Numbered from the whole stretch's first letter, positions 36,893-52,319 are shown. The stretch is DNA of 62,699 nucleotides, filler included, from Kipferlia bialata (GCA_003568945.1; 6 parts of 6 records of this genome joined end to end with filler, not necessarily neighbours in it); one strand, 5' to 3'. Numbers and translations: made by a program. Notes: generated from the letters alone by a model not told the origin.

Positions 36893-39455
36893 GTGTACTA
36901 TACTAGTCCTTGTGTCCCACCCCAGGCTGACCCCCTCCGACCTCGCCCCCTCCATCCCTGAGTACTCCGGTGAGCTGGATGCCCTGGTGGCCAGTATGCA
37001 GATGGAGGCAGAGGCAGAGGCAGAGGCAGAGGCAGAGGCAGAGGCAGAGTGTCCGGCCCTCGCATCTCCCTCCAACCTCTCAGACAGATCCTACAGGACA
37101 CCACCACAGGTGCACACTCTGTATGTGGATATAATCCCCCCACTCCTTCATTCATCTCCTCTATCTTCCCCCTTACCCCCAGGACGGATACCCCGTCCCG
37201 TCTCGATCATCTGCCTCACCCAGACACACCTCGGAGGAGTATGAGGCTGGGTATGAGGGGGAGAGTGGGATGGACACTGACATGGCAGTCAGAGGGGGCA
37301 GGGCACCCCCCCTGAGTCGTAGTGGCAGGCTTGCTGCATCGTACACCGACCCCCACCCCTACTCCCCTGCCACCATGCACCGGAGACTGCAGGACAGGAG
37401 GGGGAGGGGGGTGTTCCTCAACGCCTCAGAGATGGACGCACAACGCAGACACTCGGATGTACTACTGGGCAAGAGTCAGGTACCACAGGGAGACTGGGTC
37501 TGGATCTCTCTCTTTCTGCTGCTCTCAATAAGTCTGACCCCAGATCTGTCCCTTCACGCTGCTGGACTCCACCCCCCCTCCCTCTGCATCGGCCATCGAC
37601 TCAGACGGTGAGGACACCCGCACCCACATACACCCCACCCACCCATCCCCCTTACCCCAGAGTCCTCCAGACACCTGCATGACTATGATGCTAGGGACTA
37701 TGAGCCTCCCACCTCTAGTAGGTGTGTACACAGGGGTGGGGTGAGAAGCCAGGCTGACATGATATCACTCTCTGGCCTCGTACCCGGCAACACCCCCCCC
37801 TGCCTGGAGATGTCCCCCCTGCCCCCCATCCCTGCCCAGGCGCCTGCCCCCTGCTCCTCCCCCCAGAGCCCTGTGCACCGGGTGATAGATGTGCCTGCCT
37901 CCCCCCTCGCTGTCCCGGGCATAGTAGCCCAGGTGGAGCGGCACTCGACAGAGGACATACCAGTGACCCTGGTGCTGCCTGAGGGGTACCTGCATACTAG
38001 GGAGAGACGCAAGGAGAGGGACAGGGAGAGAGAGAGGGACTGCCCCCTTGACACCCTGGCTAGGGTGGTCAGACAGTGCAAGAGAGGTAGGAGAGGAGTG
38101 GATATGGTGATAGTTTCGCGTTATGCATTCACTATTGAGTCTGACAATACCCCCAACCCCACCCCAGGCCACATATCCATAGTGGTGGGTCAGAACCCAG
38201 AGCTGTCTGTGCCCATGGACGCCCCCACCTGCCTCACCCTCTCCCTCCTGTCTGTGGGTGTCACTGTCCTGGGGGCACCCAGGGCCACACACTGCGCACA
38301 CTGCGGAGACGGCTCTACACGGTGGGTGGGAGTGAGTAGTGTTCCTGTTGTGTACCCTCCCAAGCCCTCTCACCTGAAGGTACTACTGCTCCCCCTCCTG
38401 CTGGGTGGCAGATGCCACAGTCAGACACGCGGCAGGGACCTGTTGCATGCCAGGTATGAGTGTATTGTATATAGAGTGTGAGAAACATATAGTATATGGG
38501 CATATGATACTGATAATGTGTGACACTGATCCCAGGGTGTGACGCACTGGCCAAGGCCCAGACCCCCCCCTTCTCCACAGTGAGTGGGGGCGAGGGGTGC
38601 AGCGGCATGAGCAGCGGGACGGGGTCCGAGGGCAAGTGCCAGCCCCGGCTGTACTGCAACCTGTGCATGCACACCCATGCCTCCAACACAGTCAGGTGGC
38701 CACGCTGCTGGACGTCTACGTGATATATATATATATATATGTTGAGATGCCTCTGTCTGGGAGTGTTTCGCTCTGGTCTATGGTCTATGGCCTCTGCCCC
38801 TCCTCACTATCAGGCAGGTCCTGGGTCTATGTGCCCACCCCATGTGTCCTCAGGAGCCAGCCGAGAACAAGCCCTGTTGCTGCCGGTCGCACTTCATCCT
38901 GTGGAGGAGGGGGGAGGGGCTGGGGGAGGGGGCGGTGGAGGCCGTGGAGGCTGAGATGAGGAGGGAGAGGCTGGCCATGAAGGCCAAGCGGAAGAGTAGG
39001 AAGGAGGCTAAGCAGAAGGCGAAGGAGGAGAGAGAGGGCAGAGAGGCCAAGGAGGTCGTGAAGCCCACCCCCCATACTGCCCCCCTCCCCTCTGCCCATC
39101 TGAGTAGCCCCCTGACGCCCTGTGCCCTACCAACTGCACCTGGCACCACAGGCACACAGTGCAGGGCCACCCTGCCCCTCCCCCTCCCCCTGCCTGTCCC
39201 TCTCCCCCTGCCATTGCCTGGGTCACCTGCCTCCAGGCACAGACCCGCACCCTCTGCACCCAATGCCTCTGCCCTCGCATCTGCCCTAGGGTCTGCCCCA
39301 GGACCGGCCACACAGGCCATGGTCCCTACTGCTATGCATAGTGCACTAGTGCCCCCTAGGGTGGGGCGGACAGTGGCCCAGTGGGGGGAGAGCTATGCCC
39401 CACACACTGTGACAGACAGACACATTGTAGAGGACACCGACGTATTGTCGCCCAG
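35720..39455 (+). CDS. Hypothetical multi-exon Pro/Ser-rich protein with a MYND-like Cys cluster; ends uncertain
   Basis: Chain of GT-AG-bounded exons with (EA)n, HCAHCG…YYCSPSC…H…C, YCNLC and a K/E-rich helix. May be more than one gene. Confidence 0.45.
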
Positions 39456-39470
39456 GTACGAGTACTTCAC

Positions 39471-39519
<49 letters not shown>

Positions 39520-39563
39520 NNNNNNNNNNNNNNNNNNNNNNNNNNNNNNNNNNNNNNNNNNNN

Positions 39564-39575
39564 TTAATTAATTAA
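39564..39575. other. Artificial contig linker TTAATTAATTAA
   Basis: Identical N-flanked spacer. Confidence 0.95.
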
Positions 39576-40388
39576 NNNNNNNNNNNNNNNNNNNNNNNNN
39601 NNNNNNNNNNNNNNNNNNNTAGGAGGAGATATATATATATAGACAGAGAGAGAGAGGATGGGTGAAGAGAGGAGCTTGGATTCTACCGCTATGTGTATAT
39701 ATTTAAGGAAGAGAGTGGGGGGTACACCATACGAATGGACAAACTAGATATATATGCTATTGCGTGTGTTCGTGTGTATATACATATGGCAGTCAGATAT
39801 GCCAATATGTGGATCATACCACTTACTTACATCCCACAGACATGTGTGACAGTATACTAGACACCTTACTCCACATATACCTGTATACATACACATGATC
39901 CACTTCTGACACTTATCGTTTACATCAGTGTCACTCTAATCAATCAACATCAGTACATGTGTCTCCAGTCACTGTATGCACCAACGCAGACACACCTTGA
40001 CCACAGCAATCAGGGGCGTGATGCCATTGATAACTGACTCCGACATAGGCAGTGTATGTGCCTACGGGACGTTGACGTGGAGAGACAACACGAACGATTG
40101 AGGAGACCGAATCGGGATAAACCCTTCGGTCAAAAACAGACTAATCACAACAAAAACTGTCAAAAGGGTTAGAAGCTTGCTCAAGTGACTCTGCAAAACC
40201 TGCCTTCTAACAACCTAGTGTACACAGTTACACAGGTTGTGGGTATCTAGATAGAGCCACACAGACCACACACCAGCACTGAGCAGCTGTGGGTGCTGGA
40301 GTGGAGCACTGGCGGTGTCAGATTGTGTCCTGTGAGTCCAAGTGACCCATATAGACTATAGAGTATAGACCCAGTGCCTTCTGTCTAG

Positions 40389-43300
40389 ATGTCCATGCGT
40401 GGCGGTGGGCGTAGCGTGCCCCTGAGGTCAGGGGCCAGACCAGGCTCCGGCAGTGGTGCCAGGCCCCTGAGTGGGGCCAGGAAGAGACCAGGTACTGAGA
40501 GTGTGTATGCAGTACTATATATGAATGATCATAAGTGTTTCTCGGATAGCATGTACTATTATACAGGTCGTGCTCACTGTATGTGTGTTTTATACGCATA
40601 CAACTGCTCTGTATGTGTTATATGAGACTTGGGATATGATACTGGGTGTGTATTTGACATAAGTACATGGGGATGTATCCTCTCGATTACCAGGAGTCCT
40701 CTCTCCACCTACGTATATATACCCATTAATGCTGCATGTACTGCATATTGGTGATATCCATTCGTGTGCGTGTCTCTCTCCCACCCCCGGGTACCCTCTC
40801 CCACTTCCACCTGTACATGAATGTGCATTGACTACATGTTGCATACAACTCTGATTACATGTATCTCTCTCTACTCTATCCTCCACCCCCAGGTACCCTC
40901 TCCCTCTCCTCCCCTTATACTTCTTACTTCCTATACACATTCACTGCATGCCTATACTCTTCTCTATCGTCCATATACATCTATTGACCCCAGGCGCCCT
41001 CTCCCTCTCCCATATACGGAGACTGACTATATAAACATATATATATACATCTATATATACTGACCCCAGGTGCCCTCTCCCTCTCCTCCCCCCTGTCCTC
41101 CAACATGGGACTGATGGTGTCACCAGGCAGAGGTAACACTATATAGTAGTACATGTGTATATTGTGATAGTGTATATATGGGACTCATGTTCTGCCCTGG
41201 AAGAGTTGTGTCTGTGCATTACTTCATATGTATTACAGTGTATTAGTATTGATGTGAATACACTTTGAGTATTCATGTGCATATATGGTTGCACTACTAT
41301 GTATATACCCTGACCCCCCAGCCCCTGCCCCCTCAGGCACCCCTAGTGTGTCTAGTGTGGCAGGGGAGAGAGAGAGAGAGAGGCAGAGAGAGGGGGGTGG
41401 GCCCCCCGCGTCACCAAGGTATATCACATATATATATTCTATATATATATGTTATTCTATACCAGGTGAAATCTTCGCTCACCCCCAGCCGCCAGCCCCT
41501 CTCCCTCTCCCTGTCCCGTACCCTTATGCAGTCCCCGCCCTATCCTATGCCCCATACGGTGGGACCAGCATCCACGCTAAGGCCTAGGTATACATACGGT
41601 TTATATATATATATATATGCATATATGTATCAGTCCCCGCCCTACCCCATGCCCCATACGGTGGGGCCTGCATCCACGCTGAGGCCGAGGTATAGTATAT
41701 ATGTATGATGTGCATACTGTATACTATGCTTCTAACCCCCAGCCATTCCATTGCGGAATATGGATGCCATCGATGGATACTATATGTATGTACAATCCTG
41801 TCTATATTACAATGCATTCCTACTCATCCCTAGCCCTGTCCACTCCATGCGCAATGTTGATGACATTGTGAGGAGTGGGATGGGACTATATACACATATA
41901 TATATGTATATATNNNNNNNNNNNNNNNNNNNNNNNNNNNNNNNNNNNNNNNNNNNNNNNNNNNNNNNNNNNNNNNNNNNNNNNNNNNNNNNNNNNNNNN
42001 NNNNNNNNNNNNNNNNNNNNNNNNNNNNNNNNNNNNNNNNNNNNNNNNNNNNNNNNNNNNNNNNNNNNNNNNNNNNNNNNNNNNNNNNNNNNNNNNNNNN
42101 NNNNNNNNNNNNNNNNNNNNNNNNNNNNNNNNNNNNNNNNNNNNNNNNNNNNNNNNNNNNNNNNNNNNNNNNNNNNNNNNNNNNNNNNNNNNNNNNNNNN
42201 NNNNNNNNNNNNNNNNNNNNNNNNNNNNNNNNNNNNNNNNNNNNNNNNNNNNNNNNNNNNNNNNNNNNNNNNNNNNNNNNNNNNNNNNNNNNNNNNNNNN
42301 NNNNNNNNNNNNNNNNNNNNNNNNNNNNNNNNNNNNNNNNNNNNNNNNNNNNNNNNNNNNNNNNNNNNNNNNNNNNNNNNNNNNNNNNNNNNNNNNNNNN
42401 NNNNNNNNNNNNNNNNNNNNNNNNNNNNNNNNNNNNNNNNNNNNNNNNNNNNNNNNNNNNNNNNNNNNNNNNNNNNNNNNNNNNNNNNNNNNNNNNNNNN
42501 NNNNNNNNNNNNNNNNNNNNNNNNNNNNNNNNNNNNNNNNNNNNNNNNNNNNNNNNNNNNNNNNNNNNNNNNNNNNNNNNNNNNNNNNNNNNNNNNNNNN
42601 NNNNNNNNNNNNNNNNNNNNNNNNNNNNNNNNNNNNNNNNNNNNNNNNNNNNNNNNNNNNNNNNNNNNNNNNNNNNNNNNNNNNNNNNNNNNNNNNNNNN
42701 NNNNNNNNNNNNNNNNNNNNNNNNNNNNNNNNNNNNNNNNNNNNNNNNNNNNNNNNNNNNNNNNNNNNNNNNNNNNNNNNNNNNNNNNNNNNNNNNNNNN
42801 NNNNNNNNNNNNNNNNNNNNNNNNNNNNNNNNNNNNNNNNNNNNNNNNNNNNNNNNNNNNNNNNNNNNNNNNNNNNNNNNNNNNNNNNNNNNNNNTTATA
42901 CTATAGGGAGAGAGAGGGGGGGAGGCAGGTGCAGACGGCTAGGCCAGGTGGGTACACATTACACTGTTGTAATATATACATGTATACTGTATATTAATTT
43001 GTGGGGTATAGAGAGATATGAGTAAGGGGAGGCAGGTGCATACTGCTAGGCTGGGTAGATACTGTATGTACTGGAAGAACTCGTATAATTATGGAATGTG
43101 TACCAATAGTGTTATGGTGGTCACATATTCATTCATAGTCATCTCTATACTATTATTACTATACATCCTACCCCCAGACCTCAGACCTGCCAACACCGCC
43201 CCCCACCCATATGAGTATTACACTAGTATTTACGTGTACCAGTATTATATGTATCATTTATACACCTCTCACCCCAGGCATCCGACGTGCCAACACGGCC

Positions 43301-46300
43301 CCCCACAGGAGTAGAACGGTCAGACCACCCACCAGTGGGGGGACAGGTACATATCATATATATCATAGGCATAGCAGTGTCAGTGTCACTATCACAGTGG
43401 TATCAGTGTCAGTCGCCATAGTGATACATCTGTACATCTATACTGACACAGGCACCCAGAGGGGTAGGAGACAGAGACCAGAGACAGCACCAATGCCCAG
43501 GGGAAGGGGGAGGGGGAGAGTGGAGGTATGTATCTAGTGCATATTTGTGTATATGTATGTATGTATATATATATATACTAACCCACAGGCCAGACTGGAG
43601 GTTGCCATGTATATGTGTATGTGTGTGAGTACTCATATATTGATGTATAATTATGTTAATGTCTCACTCTAGGCCCGACTCGAGGTTGCCAATATAAATG
43701 TGTATGTGTGTGTGTTCAGTATATATAATTATTGTATACAATATCAATATATACATATACACATGTCTCACTCTAGGCCAGACTCGAGGTTGCCTCTCTA
43801 CATATATATATGTGTTTGTGTCTCCCTCCAACTCTATATCTCTCTCTCTCGACACTTCTTTCACCCAGTATATGTATGTGTGTATGTATCTATATCTATA
43901 TATAGATATATATAGATAGATATATATATGTATATATATATATATACTAATTAGTGTCACTCCCCCCAGGCCCGGCTCGAGGTTGCCTCTCTCCTCAAGG
44001 ACACCAACATGGGGCAGCTGATGGAGACTAGGTATAGTGTGAGTACACATATATATAGAGAGAGGGATATATAGAGGGTGGTAGAGAGAGGGGGGGGGGA
44101 GGGCGCCAACATGGGGCAGTTGATGGAGACGAGGAATGATATCTGATTAAAGGTCTCATATACCCTATGTTGTGCATACTCTCCTACGCCCAGGAACCAT
44201 GCCGTGAATGCATAGATATATACATATTGACATATGAATATAGGTGTTCTATTTCGTATTCACACACATTCTCTTTGACCCCAGGAACCGTGCCTCTGTG
44301 GATGATGTGAGCATATATATATACATGTTGACTAATATATATATATATATATATATATACTATTCTGTATATATACATATGCATTCTATCTAACCCTCTA
44401 GGAACCGTGCCTCTGTCGATGATGTGAGCAGGTGGTACCTGGACCAGCTAGACAGGTATAGTTGATGTATAGATAGATAGATATGTATTGTAGATGTATG
44501 GATGGATGGATATTCATACATATATAGATATGTGTATATATACATGTATTATGTATAGTAGGTGCTACCTGGACCAGCTGGACAGGTACCGTTTATGTCA
44601 CATTTGTACACAGTATTCCATTGTCGATATATGGCTCACCCTTTAGAGTCAGTTCCACCTCTTCAGGCAACATCCATCGTGGCAGTTATTCATTCTTAAT
44701 TTCCTACTGGTTTATCACTCAATAGTATTCTGCATACCCTCACCCTAGAGTCCGTTCCACCTCGTCTGGCAACAGATACCTGATATATATGTATGCCATA
44801 CATACAAGTATATTCTTATCATACCCCACATCCATTGCATCTCATTGTAGAGTCCGCTCCACCTCGTCTGGCAACAGACACCTCAGGGAGAGGATGTCAT
44901 ACAACATGCACCTGGACCTACTGGCAAGGTATGAATGCGAATGGCCACCTTGTGGATATATGTATATATTATATTCGACCTGCATGCCACTCTTATCCCA
45001 GGATCAGTGCGTCTGACATGTCGTACAGATGGCCCTTCTCTCTTTTCCCCTCTTTCTCTAATCATATACATCCCTCTCTATATACTCTTACCCCAGGATC
45101 AGTGCCTCCGACATGTCGTATGGGCACCTTGTGGAGAGGGTCAGACAGCAGATGGAGGGGGAGAGAGAGAGAGACAGGGCGTCCCAGGTCTCAGACAGAC
45201 AGGAGATGATGACGGAGATTGTCAGGCTCCAGAGGGACATTAGGTACCTAGACGACTTTCGTATACATAAATATGTGTATGTTGTCTCTCTCGCTTACCC
45301 CCAGCATGATAGCATACATGTGATATATAGCTGTCTGTGTGCTGTGTATATGAATATAATCTATTCTCTAACCATTTAATGTCATGTCTGAGTCTGTGAC
45401 CCTGGAGAAGAGAGTATATATATTCTTAGCATGTTTATATGAGTATCATACACTCTAACTCCTCAGTGCCCTGTCTGAGTCTCTGACCCTTGAGAAGAGA
45501 GAGTGTGTATATACTATATACATCCAATATATATATATATATAATAACTGTAGTCTAACCTCTAGTGCCCTGTCTGAGTCTCTGACCCTTGAGAAGAGGG
45601 CAGCCATCAAGGAGGAGGCGCTGGTGCAGAAGCTGAGGGCTCAGGTATGATATATGTATGTATATATATATATTACTATATTGGTACATATAGTGATGGA
45701 ATGGGTATGGATACATGGTATCCAGGAGGAGGCACTGGTGCAGAAGCTGAGATATATGTGTGTGTATGTGTGTATGCGTATATAGATATACGCAGTGTGT
45801 ATGTATTGATATATACACGCCATAACCCTCTAGGCAGCTGCCAGGGACATGCGTATTAGACACCTGGATACCGTATATATACCATATACATCATTATATA
45901 TACGTATATATTGTATAGTGTATGTGTATAGTTTGTAGGCATACATCTTATTCTAGGCCGCTGCCAAGGACATGCGCATTAGACACCTGGAGGCCCAGCT
46001 GGCAGAGGAGACTAGCCCCAGGGCAAGGCTCGAGACGGAGGTATGTGTATGTGTTCTGTACACTACATATACTGTACGATATGTGTACAGTATACAGTAT
46101 CACCCATTGTCACTCACCTTGTAGGTCCGTGACCATGTGAATGACCTCAATGTCTATCTATATATTAATACACTCCTGTATATTCATTACTAATGACTCT
46201 CTCCAACCCTCTAGGTCCGTGACCATGTGAATGACCTCGAGGGCCTAGCCGAGTTCACCCTGCCCTCCGATGCTGAGGACTGGCAACCGAGTGAGGCACC

Positions 46301-46316
46301 TGACGACGTCAATTGA
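40389..46316 (+). CDS. Hypothetical protein with an R/P/S-rich N-terminus and coiled-coil C-terminus; spans a 1-kb gap
   Basis: Exons give RPGSGSGARP…RPETAP…MMTEIVRLQRDI/SALSESLTLEK…KDMRIRHLEAQLAEE…APDDVN*. Confidence 0.55.
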
Positions 46317-47414
46317 TGGATTGATGGGTGGGGTCATCATTGATTGATTGATTACTGATCGTCAAAGATTCATGTATGGATTCATGTATAATAGATAGAG
46401 GGGCACCGGATGTGGACGTCAGAGTGAGAGGATTCACTCGTTTCTGTATTTGAATATGGATATGTGCTATACTACACCTGTGCCCGTGCTTACAGTCTAT
46501 TATAGCGTTCTTATAGGTGTCAAGATTTACCTGAGCTCTAGACTACTGTTGGGATTCCCAAGTGGAAGGTGCTCTACCCTGGCAAACCACAAGGCTAAGC
46601 GTGAGTGAGGGATCTGTGGACGTGATGAAGCGCAGAATAGGTTGTTCGAGATGCCAAGGCTCTGACAGACACTGTAACACAGTCAAGTAGATTGTAACTA
46701 GTATTATGTTCTGCAAAGTTGACTCAGCAGCCACTGTCGTAGCTAGAGAGTGTCATTCACTTTGTATAAGACTCTTACAAATACATGAGTGTTCCATTTG
46801 TCTATTCATGCGTCGAGAAACTGGTGGGAAAGAGACTATCCCCTACACCCTTCTCTCAAAGTCCTCTGCTGTGAGTACCCCTCCCTGCCTCGTGACACAC
46901 TTCAGCCTTGAGGATATCAGAACACTATTGACTTGAGATTATACATCATTCTGACATATATTGCTTTGGGACTCATTTTTACTAGTGATCTGTAGTTAGT
47001 ACGTCCCAGTTTGAGTAGTCTTCGCAAAGCGTGTCCAGGTGGAGCCTGACTGCTTGACTGTCACGTGTATTCTCTCGCAGCGGGACGGTATCAGTATAGG
47101 TTAATTACATCCTCGAAGGGTCACTTATGACAAGAGACTGCCTAATTAGTAATATTTACAGGAGAATCGAAACAGAAATGTGTATTGGCCTTGAATCCAA
47201 ACGGAGAATGGAAACAACACAAAACTGATCCGTATTATCCGTTATTTCGGCTAATCCAACCCTCTCATACAATAGTGATACTTGAGTAATGGCACATATT
47301 TGGCATGGTCTGAAAGGGCATAGAACCTCTTCTTCTCTATTGGAATAGAATCCCACCCAATACAGCATATACAACATCCCCAACAATACCAGCGTTCCTG
47401 TGTTTCGTGCACTC

Positions 47415-48888
47415 TTAGTGTCTCATGTGTGTGTCTACCCTGGCATTGATTACATCCGTGTCCACCTCTAGGAGGTAGTGACACCCAAACACAGAGCGAT
47501 AGGGGCCGAGCTGGTACACCTTGGGGGGATATGTATGGCTGGTTCCAATGTGGGGTATGAGATCACGTGGTGGGTACTCCCTGCTCATTCGAAACAGTGT
47601 GACACCTCCTGGGGTAGGTGTGTCTACACGAATGAGGTCATGAGGTTAACTCTATACTACTTGAGTTTCCATGAAATTACGGGCTTAAGTCAGGAGATTG
47701 ATAGATGTACTCTTTCACATGGTGATATATCTACCTGAGACACAGTCCAGAACGTATATGATGCCTCCGAATATGCGCACGTCGATTGTGCCATACACTC
47801 CCACTCTGGCAGCCAGTGAGTACGGGGCCTCACCAACAGGGGTGTTGCTGGCACAGATTGTTGCGGCCACATTGCCTGTGTAAAGGCGGTGAGAAAGTCT
47901 CCAGCCCACCTCTGGAGAGAACATCAGGTCAAGTGTGTCTTTCCACAATGCGGTTACCCCCACAGCCCTCAGGTGGTCACCCGTATCGTCCCAAGGGGTT
48001 ATGGTTTCCAAATTCACTCTGTGTATTAGGGGTACACGCATGTTGGATGGCGTCATGTCCTTCCACTGTCTACTGTCTGGATTGAAGGACGCAGTAGCCG
48101 TGCCCTCCCCTATCCCAGGTATGACACGTGTACCTGTCACAACCAGCTGGCCTTCACACTGAAAGGCCTTTCCATAATCAAGCACACGTGGCCAGTACTC
48201 TTTATCCGTCTCTGCAGGGGGTGTCACTTCTTCCCACTCTCTTGTGTCACTGTGGAATATGTGGAGGGAGTATATGTCACGTCTAGGAGCGTATGACGTG
48301 CAAGACTCTCTGCTGTACCCAAGCACATAGACGTCTCCCCCGACAACAGTGGTCAGGCTAGGACCTCTCCTGTCTGGCCAGGGGTATGTCTCAAGGGTGA
48401 CTTGTACATCACTGTCTGACAGGGTGTCACTCTGGTGGGTGGGGAAACTCAGGACTCCACAAAGAGGGTGAAGGGAGTGGTACCTGACAAAGACCTAGGG
48501 AAAGGGATGGATAGAGGCAGAAAGACATCGCAATGACCTCAGAATCCAATCCAAGCATACAAATATGACACCTAAGTATACAGTTGAGTACCTCGTTGAC
48601 TCCTATGGGGTAGAATGCTGTCATACACCTATCCGCCTCTGGTGATGGTTCCCCATCGCAGGACACCAGGTCAATCTTGCGGAAGGAGAAACCACAGCTA
48701 TTGTCAAATGGGAACTGAGACCTCTCCTCGGCCTCCAGTGCAAGTTTCTTTCTTGCTCTCTCGGCTTCCTCCTCTGCCAGTCTCACTCTACAGTCATAGA
48801 GGGGTCCAGTATCGGCCTCTGTATCAGAACATTGGGTGTCTGACTGGGAGTCCGTCCATCCCGAGTCACCCTCACTCATGTCACTCAT
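47415..48888 (-). CDS. Hypothetical kelch-like beta-propeller protein, few introns; 3' exon structure uncertain
   Basis: Acidic N-terminus; TTVVGGDVYVLG, HSDTREWEEV, FNPDSRQWK, IFGGIIYVLD kelch-like strands. Confidence 0.6.
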
Positions 48889-49681
48889 TGTCACTCTTAC
48901 CCTCGGACTTGGGTACAAATGTTAGTGTGCGGTGTTCCAAGAGTAGTGTCACGTCCCGAAAATTCCAAGTCAGGTCCAATAGTGGGCTGATTGAAGTTAT
49001 TGGTTTATGGTAGAGAGACTCAGCATAGACCAGCACCATGTGTCCAGTCTACAGTTTGACTCCTTCAACAGTGCCGATGTCTAGCTGTAGTGACTCTGGA
49101 CTGTACAGTGCACATAGACTATACACTGTATAGTATACAGTGCATGTACAACTAAATAGGAGGATAACTGAGTTACAACTCCTCTAAGTCCAACCTACAC
49201 TCGGGATATCAAGCGTAGCATGGTACTGATGCGACTCGCTCCCCACCTTACAGTTCCCATATCAAGAGGGTCCTAGAAAGGTATGACGAGATACCATCGT
49301 ATATACATTAGAGAGAGACTCCTCTTATCTATACCTGTATCATCTACCAGTATATCAGAGTCAAATCCCATTCAGGCACTCGATCTATTCACAATACTAT
49401 TCATTCACAGTAGACTCAGTCTACTGTAGAGTGTCATCCTATTAGGAATTGCCTAGGTCCTCCTAAATACTGCCTCTACCGGTACCTCTCCTCCCCAGCA
49501 GACAGAGGCACCTCTTAGTATCACTTTGCACAATATAGTACATCTTGCCACACTATATCTATTCACAATTTCATTCCTTCCTTCATTCATTCATTCATAC
49601 TGTCTTAGCAGTCCCTGTCATAGCAGACAGAAACCTCCAACTGTATACAGTGCTTCATGCACTATACAGAATATAGTGTAT

Positions 49682-51429
49682 CTACCAGTACATCTCCTCC
49701 CCTGGGCATGGGTGGTCTGGGTGGACGGGGCCAGACCTGACACCGGCCATGACAAGCTGGCACCTGGGGTAAGGGGGATACGCAGTCTATTAACACAATA
49801 CAAACATCCAGTAACTATACCACATAGTTATATGTGTATGCCATGGCAGGCTGGCACCAGATAATGAGGGGGGGGGGGGGGGGCAATCAAGGCCTCCAGT
49901 TGCTACACTATACACGTTTGTATTCAATATACATACAATACCTGAAGCCTGCCAGCCTAGGGATGGCCACGTCTATGTCTGCCTTATATATATTCTAATA
50001 TGTNNNNNNNNNNNNNNNNNNNNNNNNNNATGTCTGCCTTATATATATTCTAATATGTATATATGTATACACACACACACACACACACGTATATATATAC
50101 AACTATACCTGAAGTCTGCCAGCCTGGGGATGGCCACATCTATGTCTGATACCTCCTTCTGGGACCACAGGCGCTCGGCAACAGCAGCGGCCCTGGGGGT
50201 TAGTATATATATATACTTACATATGTATGCTGAGAGTATACTAAACTCGGCAACGGCTGCGGCCCTGGGGGTTGGTATATATTTATATATATATATATGT
50301 ATGCTGAGAGTTTCATGAGCTCGGCAACAGCTGCGGCCCTAGAGAGTCAGAGAGTCCAGTGATGGTACATGTATATATATATACAAATATATATATATAG
50401 TTATAGACGCTCGGCAACAGCTGCGGCCCTAGAGAGTCAGAGAGTCCAGTGAAGATATATGTATATATATATACATATATATATATAGTTATAGACGCTC
50501 GGTAACGGCAACGGCCCTGCAGAGTTAGGAACATGCATGCGTGGAAACGTATTATGCACCACTATCACATGTATGAATCCGGGCCATATCCAGGTGTCAA
50601 TGTTGTATATATCTATAGTATAGATTCTCTATATAGTATACTTATATCTATGAATACTACCAATGTACCTTGGCCACATCCAGCTGTCGATGTTGGATGC
50701 ATCTCTCTCTCTATAGATATCCCTCTACTCATATCCCTGTACTATTATTACTATACATATATGTACATAAATATTACCTTGGCCATATCCAGCTGTCGAT
50801 GTTGGCAGCGTCGATGGCCTCACCCCACATGGGGACCTCTCCTCCTGGGGTAAGGGTATACAACATCTACACTGTATATATATACACAATCCATAGTATC
50901 TGTCACATACCACACCGGGACCTCACCGCTTAAGGTGAGAGTGGTATGTATACGATAAGAGTTAGAGAAGACATACCCAGGATCAGGGCACCCTCGTGCT
51001 CATATACACATATATAGAGTATACACATATATACATGTATAGATACATATGTATACATATACCATCCACAAACCCAGAATCAGTACCTCTTCGTGCTAAT
51101 CAAGGTAAGAGTAGAATAATGTATGCATAGTACTGTATAGTTAATACACATATATGCCACCCACCAATGATCAGTGCCTTCTCGTGCTCGTCTAGGTCGA
51201 CACCCATACATATAATTTATATATCAATAATATATATAATTACAGTATATATATATATATATATACATGTATCATACCCAGAATCAGGGCCTCCTCGTGC
51301 TCGTCTAGGTCGAGGCCGGCGGTGGGCTCGTTGCTAGGGTTGGCATGTGTGTGAATATCGTGTATACTATATCCAATCTATTTCAACTCAGTATATAAAT
51401 TTATGTATAGTATTAATATATATATATAC

Positions 51430-51462
<33 letters not shown>

Positions 51463-52277
51463 CTATCTACCTGTAGAAGTTCTGCCAGGTGTCAGCAAAG
51501 AAGAAATGGTATTCAAATATTAGTAGTACATATTACATACCTATATCATGTATATGTATATATCAATAAACACTATATATACTGTATTCTAAACACTATA
51601 TACCTGTAGAAGTTCTGCCAGGTGTCAGCAAAGAGGTAGTGCGTGGGGTATCCTGGGATCTGCTTGTCCAGGTACCAGCCGCCTACAGTGAGGGGGGGGG
51701 GGGAGTGAGTACGTATGAGTGCATGTATATAGGAGGGGAACGAATATGTACGATGACTACCTGACAGTAGACCCCTGTACCCTGCCTTGACAACATATGC
51801 TATATACATCATACAATAATCATACTACATTGAATACTCTATGATATATTCGTCAATACTGACCTGACAGGAGTCCCCTGTACCCTGCCTTGACAATGTC
51901 TCCCAGGGTGGCCTGGTCCTCCCAGGACTGGGGGTGAGGGGGATATATAAACATATGCGTGTGTATGTGTGTATGTGTATGTATGAGAACGTGCTATACT
52001 AGAGGGAACGTATTCTCTTACAGTGGTGGTGCAACAGAATGATAAAACAACAGACAATAATACATGTATGTATACATATACAATACGCTTATATATGCAC
52101 CCACCTGCACAATTGTGTCGAGGGGGATGGGGTTTCCGTTCTGGAAGGTCTCCTGCCACACAACCTGGCTGGGGGGTGAGGGGGGTTACCACAACATATC
52201 CACATGTATATACATATACACTATTATCTCACGTGACCCCCTCTGGCATGACTGTGTTGAGTGTCTCTCTCTCTCCT

Positions 52278-52319
<42 letters not shown>

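Noticed and set aside
49100..49430. Short hairpins (CACTGTATA-G-TATACAGTG; AGTAGACT-C-AGTCTACT) as element ends or ncRNA
   Set aside because: Too short; no terminal inverted-repeat pair, target-site duplication or transposase could be supported.
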